A DNA stretch of 64,000 nucleotides. It comes from Kudoa neothunni. Taxonomy: Eukaryota > Animalia > Cnidaria. A program made the translations under genes and the position numbers. Every line of letters begins with the position of its first letter. Position 1 is the stretch's first letter. This document shows positions 10,188 through 22,907 of this stretch, in pieces. Below the pieces are notes generated by a model. That model was not told where the DNA came from, did not search any database, and saw only the letters and a program-made list of their open reading frames with translations. The stretch is from contig OZ199839.1 in assembly GCA_964304625.1 (NCBI GenBank), positions 3,968,114-4,032,113 on the forward strand. The letters are read 5' to 3'.

Positions 10188-13100
10188 ATGGAGGAAGAAG
10201 AATGGTCCAAATTGTCAATTAGTGATCGAGTCTCTCATAAGGTTTTTCATTTGACACGACATTCAGTGTAGTCCGGCAATCAGCTTCCTTCATTTTAGGT
10301 TTGGAAAGCCCGTCTTGACGGGTATGATGAGTTGAACAAAAAAATTCCCATAATGGATGTCGAGGAGTTGAAATCGTATTGCGATGTTGTCAAGAAAGCT
10401 CCATTTGAATCAAATGCCGCTGCATTAGATAGAGCCTTAGAGTGCGTGTTGTCGTTTCTTCAGAATGCACCTGAATTATCAGAAAGGTTTTTTTGATATC
10501 CAAATATTATGTGTAACTCGAAACATGATTTTTTTGTTAGAATTGTGGTTGAATGTGTGTGTGGTGTTGTCACCAAAGTTCTGAGTGCTCGTCCCAAATC
10601 TAAACAATTGGGTTTTGATGTGTGTTTACAATTCATTGAAAATGAAGTTGCTTCCAGTGTTGTTGTATTACTTTTGTGATTTGTTTGAAAATGCTTGGAT
10701 GCTGATGCCATTTTAGGAGGAGTTGTTGAAAGTTGTTACCAATAAAAACCCAAAAATTGTTAACGGATCATCCGAATTAATCCTTTTAGCTATAAAGTTA
10801 TTTCGTTTTGTTCAATTTTAAATCGCTTATTTTATGTATAGAGAATTCGGTGCAAAAGTTATCGATATTAAACCGGTTGTGAAAACTATCCCAAAATTTC
10901 TCTCACACAACGATAAGAATGTAAGAAATAATGCCAAAGCCATTGCTCTCGAATGCTACTACTATTTGGGTGACGCTATCAAAAATGTACTCGCTGATAT
11001 ACAACCAGTACAAATGAAGGAATTGGAAGAAGAGTTCAGCAAACTTAAAGGACAAGCTCCTCCTATTCCACCCAGAAAAATAAGATCTCAACAGCAACAA
11101 CAACAGAAAGCAGTTAACGCTTCAAATGGTGAAACGACAGTCAATGGTAATTATTTAAAATTTAATAACGCAAAAAATAAAAAATTAATAAATAAATTAA
11201 TGCCTCTTTCGGCCACCGAGAATAGCTGATTAATAATGTTGATTTTTTATGCGAATTAATGCCTTTTTTGATATTCCTACCTATTAAAAATAAGGGATAA
11301 TTTTTTATAATCAAATTTTGTAATTTGAATTAATCTATAGGCAATTTTTAGACATATCTATACTTGTAGTGCGCATGCATGGGAAAATATGAACATTAAT
11401 AAACAAATCCTATACAAAGAAAACAAGAATATGATTGATATCAAACAATAGTTCTTTTTTAGTACTTTCAAAAAATATACAGGGGATATCAAAGGATGCG
11501 TAATAGATAATTTAGAATGCGATGTATGCTTGCGCGCTCGTCATTTTTAATACCCCTTGTTTTTGTTGTTCGTTACGGATACAAATTATTTTTTTGAAAC
11601 AATAAATTGTGGCAATTAGCCAAAATTATTTAACTATAGCGAACACTACATAGGGAATTAAATTCGGATAGATTGATAAATATTTCCTATACAAATTTCG
11701 AACTCTAAATTATTATTAAAATTTTTTAAATATCAACTTGATTAGAATAAAAATAATTCAACTGCAAAAAAAATTAATGAAACGTAAAGCTTCTCAAATT
11801 GGATAGTGTGCGCGCCGATTTGAATGGTGCCCAATTTAATCTGAAATTTATGTCGTTTTAGTTAATGATTGTGCCATTCATGATTTGAAAACATTGTAAA
11901 TTTTTTCAAATGAGGTATTAAACTTAAGTAATGATTTAAAAATGAAATTTTTCCTTTTCGCAGGCAAATTTCAATAGAAAACAATGAGGCTTAATGGTGC
12001 ATCCGAACCTCGATTTTCATTAAATCGTGCTCTCCGGAAGATATTATAAATTTTATTTTGATTTTAAAACTTACGTCGAGAATTCAGTTCCTATATAAAT
12101 TTATATAATATCTCAACATATGCCTGTATTTTTATGAAACAAACATTAATTACCGATTATTTAAAAAATGTAGATTACTCACACTTAGACGTGTGTTTCC
12201 CCCATAATTATGTATTTTTTTCTTTAAGTCTCCATATTACAGGTTAAAGATGTGCTGGTATCTCTAATTTAAGTTGCAGGAGTTAAACTATTTTTCTTAA
12301 TAAATCATTCGAAATGTTGATAAATCAAGGGAACAACATAAATAAATAGAAATTTTAAAAATGCGCGCGCGTTAGACGTTTGTTATGTTAAAGTAATTGG
12401 AACCTCGCTATCCGGAAAGAAAATCGCTGATCCGAACTTTTCCGGATAATCGAGTTTCGACTGCATATTAATTATTAATCTGTTCATAAACTTGTATTAA
12501 TCCAAATAAATGTCAGTATAACAATAAGTGTGACCGTTTCCAATTTAAGGCTGTTTAAGCTTTGTGAGCTATTCCACAATATAACTATGGATTATTCTCT
12601 GCGACAGGAACTAGAACAACAATTAATTCAAATATTAATTTATGATATATTATAATTGGAATAATGACTGAGTTATAGCTCCTTTTCAAGTTAATGCCTA
12701 AACTATAGTTACCTTAACTCTCTAATGGTATATCTTTTTATATCGTAAACTAATACCTAATAGATCTCAGTTATTCTTCTAATAAGATGTCTTTGGTTCG
12801 ACGAAAAAATGTTTTTCGAGAAATTATTGAATAAGTTTTAATTTTTATTTTATCTTGTAATGGTCTTTGGGGTAAAATTTACCTCATGTTTTCTTTGATT
12901 ACAAATATTCCAAAAAATGTAAACCACTTTGAACTTAAATATAATAAAATTTCTGAGTAATTTTTGTAAAAAGTGAGGATATGTTAGATAGATTAATTAA
13001 TGCGCAAGCGCTGATCATGTGAAGATGTATAATTCTAATGATTTCATTGATGAATTTGGTTTTTCAGAGAATTAACATCATGTTGTTGACGAAAACGTCT

Positions 13101-16100
13101 TCTTTTCGGTGCCCCTTGCTAAAAAATTGACCATAGAGACATTACGTTAAAAATTAGGGATACCACCTTGCCTCCAAGCATCACCAAATAGAGCCCGTTG
13201 TGGCAACATTTTTTTATTCCGTGAAAAGTATATGTTGGTATTTTATGTTCCCAATAAATTAAAATGCGTTATTTTCTTAAAGAAATCGTTGAACAATTAA
13301 ACAAAACATCGTTGACAACAAATTCCACAAATAAAACAATAAAAACAGGTCTCAGCATTGTTTATGCATCCCAACAGGAACCTCCTCTTAATGTCTTAAT
13401 GTAAAGCGAGAAACATGTGGGTACAGTGGGAGGAAAAACGATGAATAATCTTCTGAATGGTGCGAAAATTGTTATAAGTTTTATTGTCCAATTCACGCTT
13501 TTAAAAACTGTTTTAATATTTCAACTGGCGCAACACGATTAATTCCGCTGAATTAACGCAATTACTTTATTAATGAACATCAATGTGTACCGACTTTAAA
13601 CGGATCATAAACAAAGAGGATCATCGCCTGGATTACGTTAAAATTTAATATGCGTTTGCCAGTGTTTCATCCATAGGAATTAAAAATTACTCTATAGTAT
13701 TGATTATTAGATTGTTTAAAGTGTTATAATTCAAAAAAAATGTGGGGTAAAATTTACCCCAAAGTCCATTACACGTTCATCTCATCGTTTTTGTGATCAT
13801 TAGAGAGTTAAAGTTAAAATATTGTTATATTAAGAATTAAATATGTAACAACCCCCATTATGCAAAAATTGCTCTTATTCAATGTTGATGTCACCTAATT
13901 TACCTCGGGTTAGGAACTCATGATATAATAGGTTGGTCTAATATTTTATTAATACGCTTTAATATTTATATGATTATTTTTTGCGTGATTTAATTTGATC
14001 GTTATTTTTAGATGATGCAAATCAAGAAGAACCCCAAGATATTATGGACCCCTACGATCTGTTGGACCCTGTGGATATTCTTTCTTCGATTCCGGACGAT
14101 TTTTATACTAAAATTGTAAGTATTTTGTGTCTTAACTAAGAAGAAAGTTCATTTGGTTAATATAATAATGTGAATACAATTTAGAATTTTTACGTACTTT
14201 AAACTGAATTTTAATCAATGCATTTATACACTATCATTAGATGGGACGATTTTGCGCAAATTTTATAATTTCACTTACTAAAATCGACTATTATTACTTT
14301 TTCAATCTAATTTTGAAAATTCTATAATTTAAATTCAGTAAATTAAATCATGACTTTAATTCTTAAAAATACATGTCGAGCATACTTCTGTTCGACTTTA
14401 TTGAATATCGTTAATGTTGGCATGAATTAATTTAACCGGATTTTTTTCTATTTCTCCACGCTTGTGCAATATTTCAACCTTTATTTTGTTCAACCAAATA
14501 AAAACACATATCATGAAATGATATAATGACCTTATGGGTGAAGGTAGAATTAAAAACTTAAGATTATATTAAAAAGAATAAGACTAAAAATAATGATTTC
14601 ATATTTCGAAATTTATTTTTCTGCCTGAATAATCTTGTTGGCATAGATTTTTGAGACTTTTTTGGTTTATCTAATTTTGTCGGTAGACGCGAAAATCATT
14701 TTTTAAATTCAATAAAAATTATTGGTTAGCGGTTTTTCGATATATTTATCGAGGCAGTTTTAATTATAAGCAATCTTATTGAAAAAATTAATCAAATAAG
14801 ATCAGAGTTTTCATTTGCATTGCTTATACGAATTGGTTTGATTACTCGTAAATTTTGGATTCTGTTTTTCCATGTTTCGCATGAATGTGTAAAATTCTTA
14901 GATGTATCAACCTGAAATTGTAATTTCTTCTATTAAAACAACAAAAGGTGCTTCACTATTAACCAAAATAGTTCTTCACTTTAAATCGTTTTATTTTGGA
15001 TGATAAAGTTATTATTTGCTATTAATTTTAATATTAGAAATTGTGTATATTTTAAAATTTTATCTCGACTTTTTAATTCCAATTGTGGTATTGTGCGCTT
15101 TTAATGTATTGTTTGAATGGATTGGCTGCAAAAATTTACACTTAGAAGATAAGGTATAAAATTGGTTTTTTGATATATTTTGTAGATTGTTCTAATAAAA
15201 ATATTAACAAAAAGGATCAAAAATACATCGACATAGTTACAACTATAAATTTATAGCATTTAATTTGTCCGTTTTAATTAGGCCTTGCAATTTTCGGCAG
15301 TTATTATTATTTGATTTAGTCATTTCAATAGACGTTTATGAAATTCATCAACTACAACATCTTGATTCAACCTTTTTTAAAGTGGATAATTTCAGTTTTA
15401 TTATGCTAGACAACCAATAGCACGTGATCTCCTGAGGTCAACCGTGCGCGCATGCGCGTTTATATTTTTTTAATAGAATGACTAAAAATAGTTCTTAAGA
15501 TTATTTAATTGAAAAATAATGTGAAATTTTTATTTAAACGGAATATGTTGAGAAAATATTTAACTCTTTACATTTAGTTCAAATTTTGTAAATAGTTCAT
15601 TCCATGAAATTATAGAAAACTACTATTTTCTTATTCTTTATTAAATTAATTCTCATATTTTGTTGTTACAAATTTTCATTGATGCATCTAAAGGACAATT
15701 TTTAAATAACACTTAACATTATATATCAATTTAATCTATTCTATTATATCATTTTCGATGAATTGGTTATTTTTTGTTGAAGATATCAAAAAACTTATTG
15801 TCATCCACAAGAAATTTTAGATACTTATGAACATGGTTTAATTTTAATACTTTAAATGCAGATTAATTTTTTATTCATAGGATATAAGTTTTCACGTCAT
15901 TCCTGATAATATTAGATAATTTCATTTAAATTGTATATAAAATCTGACTAAGGTTTAAACAGCTTTACGAATTATATAAGCATTCGTTAGGAATTTTTTA
16001 CTAACGTCCACGGATAATGAATGAAAACATATTCTTGCCCAATTTGACTCATTTCTATTGTCATGGAACCGTCCTAGGTAAGATTTGAGCCAATGCTTAT

Positions 16101-19100
16101 TGCATCAACTAATTTTCGCCTTATAATTATTGTGTCAACTGAACGTGGCTGGAATTTTTTATTTCATCAAGGCACTTAGCCATAAGCTGTGATAAACGGA
16201 TAAATCATTTTATTCCTCAGTGTTTTCCTGATTTTAATTCTGAATTATCTTAATAATTTTAAGTCTTATACATAGTTTTTAATTTGGATGCAAAGTATAT
16301 TGGAAAATATCTTTAATAATTTTTCGGCCCCTCCAGATACAGAAAGGAATAATGTCACATTATTTCGTGCAGTTCTTCAAAAATTCAAATGCTTGACTCT
16401 AAGTTTACGTATTTTGGGTTAAATAAAGACTAAATTTACATGATTCAATCGGAAAATTTGCATATTGCCGTTTTCCACCTAATTTTAGTATATTATAATT
16501 TCTTAATTTAATTAAAGAATATTTCGGAGAATCTTGCACCATTAAAGTCCTAAAATAATTATTATTAAATATATAATTTAATATAAACTATGAACACAGC
16601 TTATTGATGAAATTGTGTATTATCAGTTGCGTATTATTTGTTGTGTATTATTTCTAAGTAATTTCGAATGCCATTTTTGTTAATATACTGAGTTCATACT
16701 TCCATACATGTTTTTTTATATGATCTAATTCATTATTTTTGTATTTAGACCGAAGCAAAATGGCAATCTAGGAAGGAAGCATTGGAAAGTGTTATCAAGT
16801 TGATTCAGTCGCCCAAAATCACTCCAGGAAATTTCTCAAATTTTATCGGAGCTTTAAAAAAGGTTATCTCGTCTGACGTGAACGTGAATGTGTGTTTATT
16901 GGCTATAAATTCGGTCGGATTTTTGGCCAAAGGCTTAAAGTCTGATTTTGAACAATACTGTTCAACGATTGCACCCACGTTATTGGATCGTTTCAAAGAA
17001 AAAAAACCGAATATAGTAGCGGCGATAAGAGATGCGGTGGATGCTTGTTCATCTTCATGGTCTCTGGAAAATGTGATCGCGATAGTCACTCCTTATTACG
17101 ACCACAAGGTTCCATCCATTAGAGAAGAATGTATCAAGTATTTGGGTCGTTATCTTTCCAGAAAAAAGCCATCCACTATCAGCAAACCCATTATTAAGTC
17201 CATCACTACAGATCTTGTCAAACGAATGGATGACAATGTGGGACCTGTGAGAGAAGCGACAGCAGAAGCATTTGCAATACTTATGAAAATTTCTGGCGAG
17301 AAAGTTCTAAACGCTTTGCTGGAAGGCCAAATTGACGATATCAAGAAAAACAAGATTAAATCCATTTATCTTAAAATGACTGATAGTGCAGAAAGTTCGC
17401 CGAATGCTCCTTCCGCCATCCAACCTATTTCATCGTCTTCTTGTTCTAAGCCATCCTCCAGTTCGATTTCACAACCATCCGCGTCCGCAATTATTAACAA
17501 GGCGTCAACTTCCAAAACTACTTCAGCCCCTTCAAATAAACCTATCGCAACGCAAAAAACGCCACCAAAAAATGCCTATGAAAACGATTCCGATGAACCC
17601 GCTGAACCCGATATTGAAGAAGATTCTGCTATTGAACAATCTATGGGAACACTTTTAAATGAAGAATTGGTTAAGAGTCTTGGTAGTTCGGTTTGGAAAG
17701 ATCGTCTCGAATGTGTAGAAACCATCAAAAATAAAATTTCTCTTGAACCTCTATCGTATAATCCACCTGTGGTATTTAAAGTTCTTTCTAAGAAGCCAGG
17801 TTGGCGAGATGGCAATTTGCAAGTTTTCAAGGCTAAACTCTCTGTAATGAGTCAGCTTGTAGTGTCATCTAAAACAGCCGAAAAACCGTTTTCACGCCGA
17901 GCAGCCCACAATTTAATTCCTATTATAGCTGATAAAATTGGCGATGTCAAGATGAAGGATTCTATTAGAAACATATTGATTGAGTTGGCGGACGCTCTTT
18001 CGTTGAATTATGTTTCGATCCGTCTTGCCAACATACTCCAATCGACAAAAAATGTGAAAGTTCAATGTGAAATTTTGAACTGGATTAGTGATATGTTGTA
18101 TGATTTCGGCCTCAAGATTGATGTCAAACCTCATATCCATATGCTCAAGTTTGCTCTTGATCAAATCAATCCAGAAGTGAAAAAATGTGCGGTTCATTTG
18201 GCTGTTAGAATGCATGTTCATATGGGAGCTACCCTGATGAGACTACTTGCTGATGTGAAACCTGTTCAGTTGACTCAAATAGAAAATGAATATTCTAGAG
18301 TGAAATCTGAACCTATACCTAAACCAATTCGGGGTGTAGAGGCAAAAACACCTGATGACACTACTACTGCAACACCCGCTGTTAATGCTACCACCAATAA
18401 GATTTCTGACACAGTTCAACAACAATTTACCATGATGAATCTAGAAGATAGTATTGAACGTGTTGATGTGAGCGATTTGATTAGTGATGAAATTCTCACT
18501 AATTTGGAAGATAAGAATTGGAAAATTCGTACTGAATCGTTAGAGAAAATCAACGATATATTTAAAACGAGAAAGCCTGTCCAACACACCGGCCGACTAT
18601 CTTCACTTATCACTACAATCGTTTCAAGGCTTCAGGACAACAACAAAAATATTGTCGTGCTTACGCTTAATATTTGTTCTGCAATGATCGATTCTGTTGG
18701 ACCGAATATCTATGAGCATAAAAACACCCTTTTTAGAGGTATACTTTCATGTCTCATGGATAGTAAACCCAACGTACATAACGCTGCACTATCGACGTTG
18801 GACTCCTGGAATTCCATTATTCCTATTCACATGACTCTTAATATTGACTCTTTGGTTGTTTCTGAGTTGCTGTTGATTGAACATCCTAATTTGAGAGCTG
18901 GGGTTTTAACTTACTTGATTCAATCGTTTGAGAAAATGCCTGATGCACAGGTTCCGCCACAATGTATCGAACTTCTTATCCAACCTACCTTCCAATGTCT
19001 CACTGATCGCAAGAATGAAGTCAGAAAAGTGGCTCAAGAATTTATTCCGTTTGTGGTAAAATTTTACAATCCAAATAATGTTAGAAAGATGGCCAACAGT

Positions 19101-21932
19101 TTGGATAGAACAATGCAAAACATTGTTATCCCAATAATAGAACAGGCTGTGCAAAACTCAAAATCGACCATCTCTAAAACCTTCCATCCTGAAGTTGTTC
19201 CTGTCGCCAAACCTCAAGAAACGATGACTACTTTGCACGACAATAACAAAAACGTAGAATTTAAGGAAGTTGACAAAGTACACTTTGAGGAAGTGGAAAT
19301 GGAAGAGGACACGAAACCCGTTGTGATGCCACCTAAACCGCAGAGATTGAAACATGTCGTTGGTAGCAAAAAAGTACGTGAACGCGATGATTCCATAAAT
19401 AGGATAATTCAATGGAATTTCGGTTCGTTAAAACCTGCTTATATTTCACACCTAAAAGAACTCATGACTCCATATATAGAGCCGGAATTACTGGACCAAC
19501 TTTTTCATACGGATTTTAAGAATCATATAATCGCTGCCAAAACGTTATCTGAAATTTGTTTGAATGGCAATGAGGTGGAGCGTGAAGCTTATTTTGAATG
19601 TTTTGATCTGATCCTAAAGTGGTGTGTTATCAAGTTTTTCGAAATCAATCCTGTTGTACACGTGAAAGCATTGGAATTGTTACAAATATCGTTGCAAGAA
19701 TTTCAAAAGGGCGATCGTTTCTTGTGTGATTATGAAGTGAATTCATTTGTCAATTATTTGTGCATCAAGTTTGGGGATCCCAGGGAAAATGTTCGCAAAC
19801 TAGCTCATCAAGTGTTCCACTTATTGGTTCCTTTATACGATTCGGCAAAGCTGTTGTGCTGTCTTATGTTTGGATTAAGCCATAAATTGATGCGTGTAAA
19901 AGCTGATTCTCTCTTCGAAATGACCTCTCTACTAGAAAATGATAATATTGACAAATTTGTTGAGGTGCTAGGTCAGGTGAGTTCTGAAGTTGCGAAATTT
20001 GTTGTCGATCGCGATGTCAATATCAAGAAAAATGCAATCCAATTCTTTTCTCAAATCTATCTCTCGATAGGACCCAATTCGGTGGACTATATTAAAAAAT
20101 GCGAAAAAACCATTAGAGACATAATTGTAGAAAAATTTAACAAATTGCATCCACAATATCTAGCACTGAAACAAAGCCAACTTTCATTACTCGAAGAACA
20201 AGATGTGAACTTTCAAAATACCGCCCATGATGATTCCATTATAACAGAAAGTCATTATAATGAGTCATTAGATAATAATGAAACCCGTGTTATGGCTTCT
20301 GACATATATGATGTAAATTCCTCGCCAATTAATTCAACTGCTGTGGATGTACATTCTTCGATGCAAATCAGCACCATCCCTCAAAGATATTCTATCGATA
20401 AAGATGTCTATTTTCAAGCAGCCAAAGATGTTCGTCCTCCTCCACGACCCAACTTGATTGCTATCGATGAAGCTCTGTTATATAATGAACCTAGTCGTGC
20501 TGAGTTGACACCAAATTTAGAATATGATTACCATCGTTATAGCATCGAAAATGACTATGTGGAAAATTTTCTCAGAGTTGAATCGGTTTTTCACTCTCTA
20601 AAACGTGACAACATTATATGCAATTCTATTGGCGAAGAATTATTGAAATATTTCAGCTGTATGAATAACGATATCATTATTGTTTTGGACGATATGGATG
20701 CGTTGGAAAATATTATAGAAGATTATTACACTCGTAATTTGTGGCTATGGATTGATGCCTTGGATCTGTTTAATCACTTGGTCGGAACAATCGATATAGA
20801 CAACTACACCGACATTCAGCATGGCATCAATCACAATTACATTGAAACTTGCCTCTATCAACTCAATATTGTCATCCACAACTCCAAATTTGGATCTGCA
20901 TTCACAGCAGAAATTCAGTCAAAACTTTTCTCTTTCCTTATGGATCTCATTGCTCATGAGACTTTCAACAAAATCTTCAAGGTTGGTAGAGTAATCGAAA
21001 TTATGAGTAGTGTGACTGCACAACTTTTGGTCTGCACTCCTATCATCCAATCGCTATCAGTAATACAAGAGTTGATTCAGTGCCATGTAGATAATGTCAA
21101 AAAAATTGAATTTTTGCTACGTCTATTTTGGAAATGCTCTCAGGTTGTTGTCACCGAAATCAAATTTTATCAGGATAATGAGTTGGATAAATTCGTATCA
21201 GCATATTATCTTATCTATTCTATCATTATGGAAACGTCCAATAATAACAATAAGAATAATAGTGACTATTTTGTGTTGTTGGATCATTGTTTTTCGAGTG
21301 TGATGAAACAGCTATCAAAAAATGCACTATATGAGTTGTATTCGATCAACAACGACCTCCAAATGCGGTCCCATATTGAAAATACTATCAAAAGATTGGG
21401 AATTCAACTGCCAGCCGATACCGACCTTCACGCCGTATGCATTGATAGAGAAATGTGGATTACTACTCTTGAAAACAAGGTGGCCGATTATATTGATTAC
21501 AAAAATTCTATAGAGAAACTTGTACGTTACCGTCTTCATGAGGTTGATTGTTCGGGCCATCATAGAAACAAATTACATCACATTACAAACCTCATCAAAT
21601 GGAGAACTTCACTTGACAATCTAACCAAAAGTCACGCCAGGCAACACATCATAAATGGAAAAATACTGCAGGACAAATATGAAGTGGACTTTAGTTCTTC
21701 CAGTTCAACCACCCTCATCAATACTCCCTCTCAACCCGCCAGAAAGTACATATCACAACTTTTGGACAACAACAACTCGGGATTAAATCTTTCTAATATG
21801 ACTTTTGCGAGTCCTGCTGCTTCATCTCTGCCCCCTAGTCCAGGTGTTACTTCTTCTAACAATAAATCTGCTGGTTCAAATCTTGCAAATCTCAAAGCTC
21901 GACTGGAAAAAATCAAAGCCGACAATATCTAA
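10188..21932 (+). CDS. CKAP5: XMAP215/ch-TOG microtubule polymerase with five TOG domains, 7 exons
   Basis: Exons ~10188-10241, 10299-10486, 10541-10664, ~10717-10796, 10842-11146, 14012-14115 and 16749-21932. Family motifs: MEEEEWSKL...HKVWKARLDGYDE, DPYDLLDPVDIL, KWQSRKEALE, VWKDRLE, NWKIRTESLE, and C-terminal NLKARLEKIK. Confidence 0.93.
12718..13807. mobile_element. Non-autonomous piggyBac-type element in CKAP5 intron 5
   Basis: TTAA|CTCTCTAATG...CATTAGAGAG|TTAA. An inner inverted pair GTAATGGTCTTTGGGGTAAAATTTACC (~12857) and GGGGTAAAATTTACCCCAAAGTCCATTAC (~13744-13772) is also present. Confidence 0.8.
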
Positions 21933-22907
21933 ACTTTCAAATATATTCTGTCGTTTTTTTATCTATCCTAAATGTTTTATTAAATGTTGTTTTCCTCGTG
22001 GTACTAATACTGCTATAAATACACTTGTTGTTTGGTTATTTAACTTATATTTTCCTATGAAGTTAGTTTTTATAATTTTAACATTTAAAATAACATTCGG
22101 CTACTGCACTGCAACTTAGTGTCATAAACTGAAACGCGTAAAGCAATTTTAAAAAATAATGACGAGTTGCACAATAATTTTGAATATGAATTTTTTAAAT
22201 CGTTATAAATAATTTAACTAAGGGAAACACTGGTTTTCGGGACCAACGAGTTTATAATTTAATTCGATGAAAATGATCCAGAATATTGTTGCGTGCATGC
22301 TATATAAATAATAAAATAGCCAAATGAGGTATACCCTCATATTTAACAAATTTTTGTTATATGAAAAAAATACAATATAACAAAATAAATTTGAATATGG
22401 AAATGTCGCCGAAGATCCTATTATCACATTTAATTTGAGAACTCAGACAATTATTCACAGACGCAGGATGTCCCGTAGTTTATATCTACCAAATTAATGA
22501 TATGGCCTGATTAAGTCAGCAACAATGCGGTGTATAATTAAAATTATCAGTAACTCATAATTAACCCCCTAATGCAAGAGTTCTCAACGGTTTTTTCAAA
22601 TGTACTCCTTCGACCTGGTGAAAAATCCAAATTTACCCCCTTAACTTGGAAGATAAATTCACTTTTACTTTAAGGTTTTATACTGGTTTAGCTATTCAGA
22701 GGCTATTCTATGGGTAAATTCTGATCCAAAAAGATATAAGTTGACATAAGGACAATTTTTGATCCCATCAACTCTTACTCAAAAGCTGTCCACAGATTTA
22801 TTTTTTTAAATGTTGTTATATTAATTCTGGCCCATTCCGCTCAATTTTAGGGGCCAGAAATAAATAAAAATAGTCAAAACTTGTGACACCTAAATATTAT
22901 TGCAAGT

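Noticed and set aside
15990-16400. Possible Tc1/mariner remnant in CKAP5 intron 6
   Set aside because: Motif traces are too faint and no paired TIRs could be established.
16805-22119. Many short ORFs overlapping the large CKAP5 exon
   Set aside because: Antisense or alternate-frame shadows of a long coding exon.
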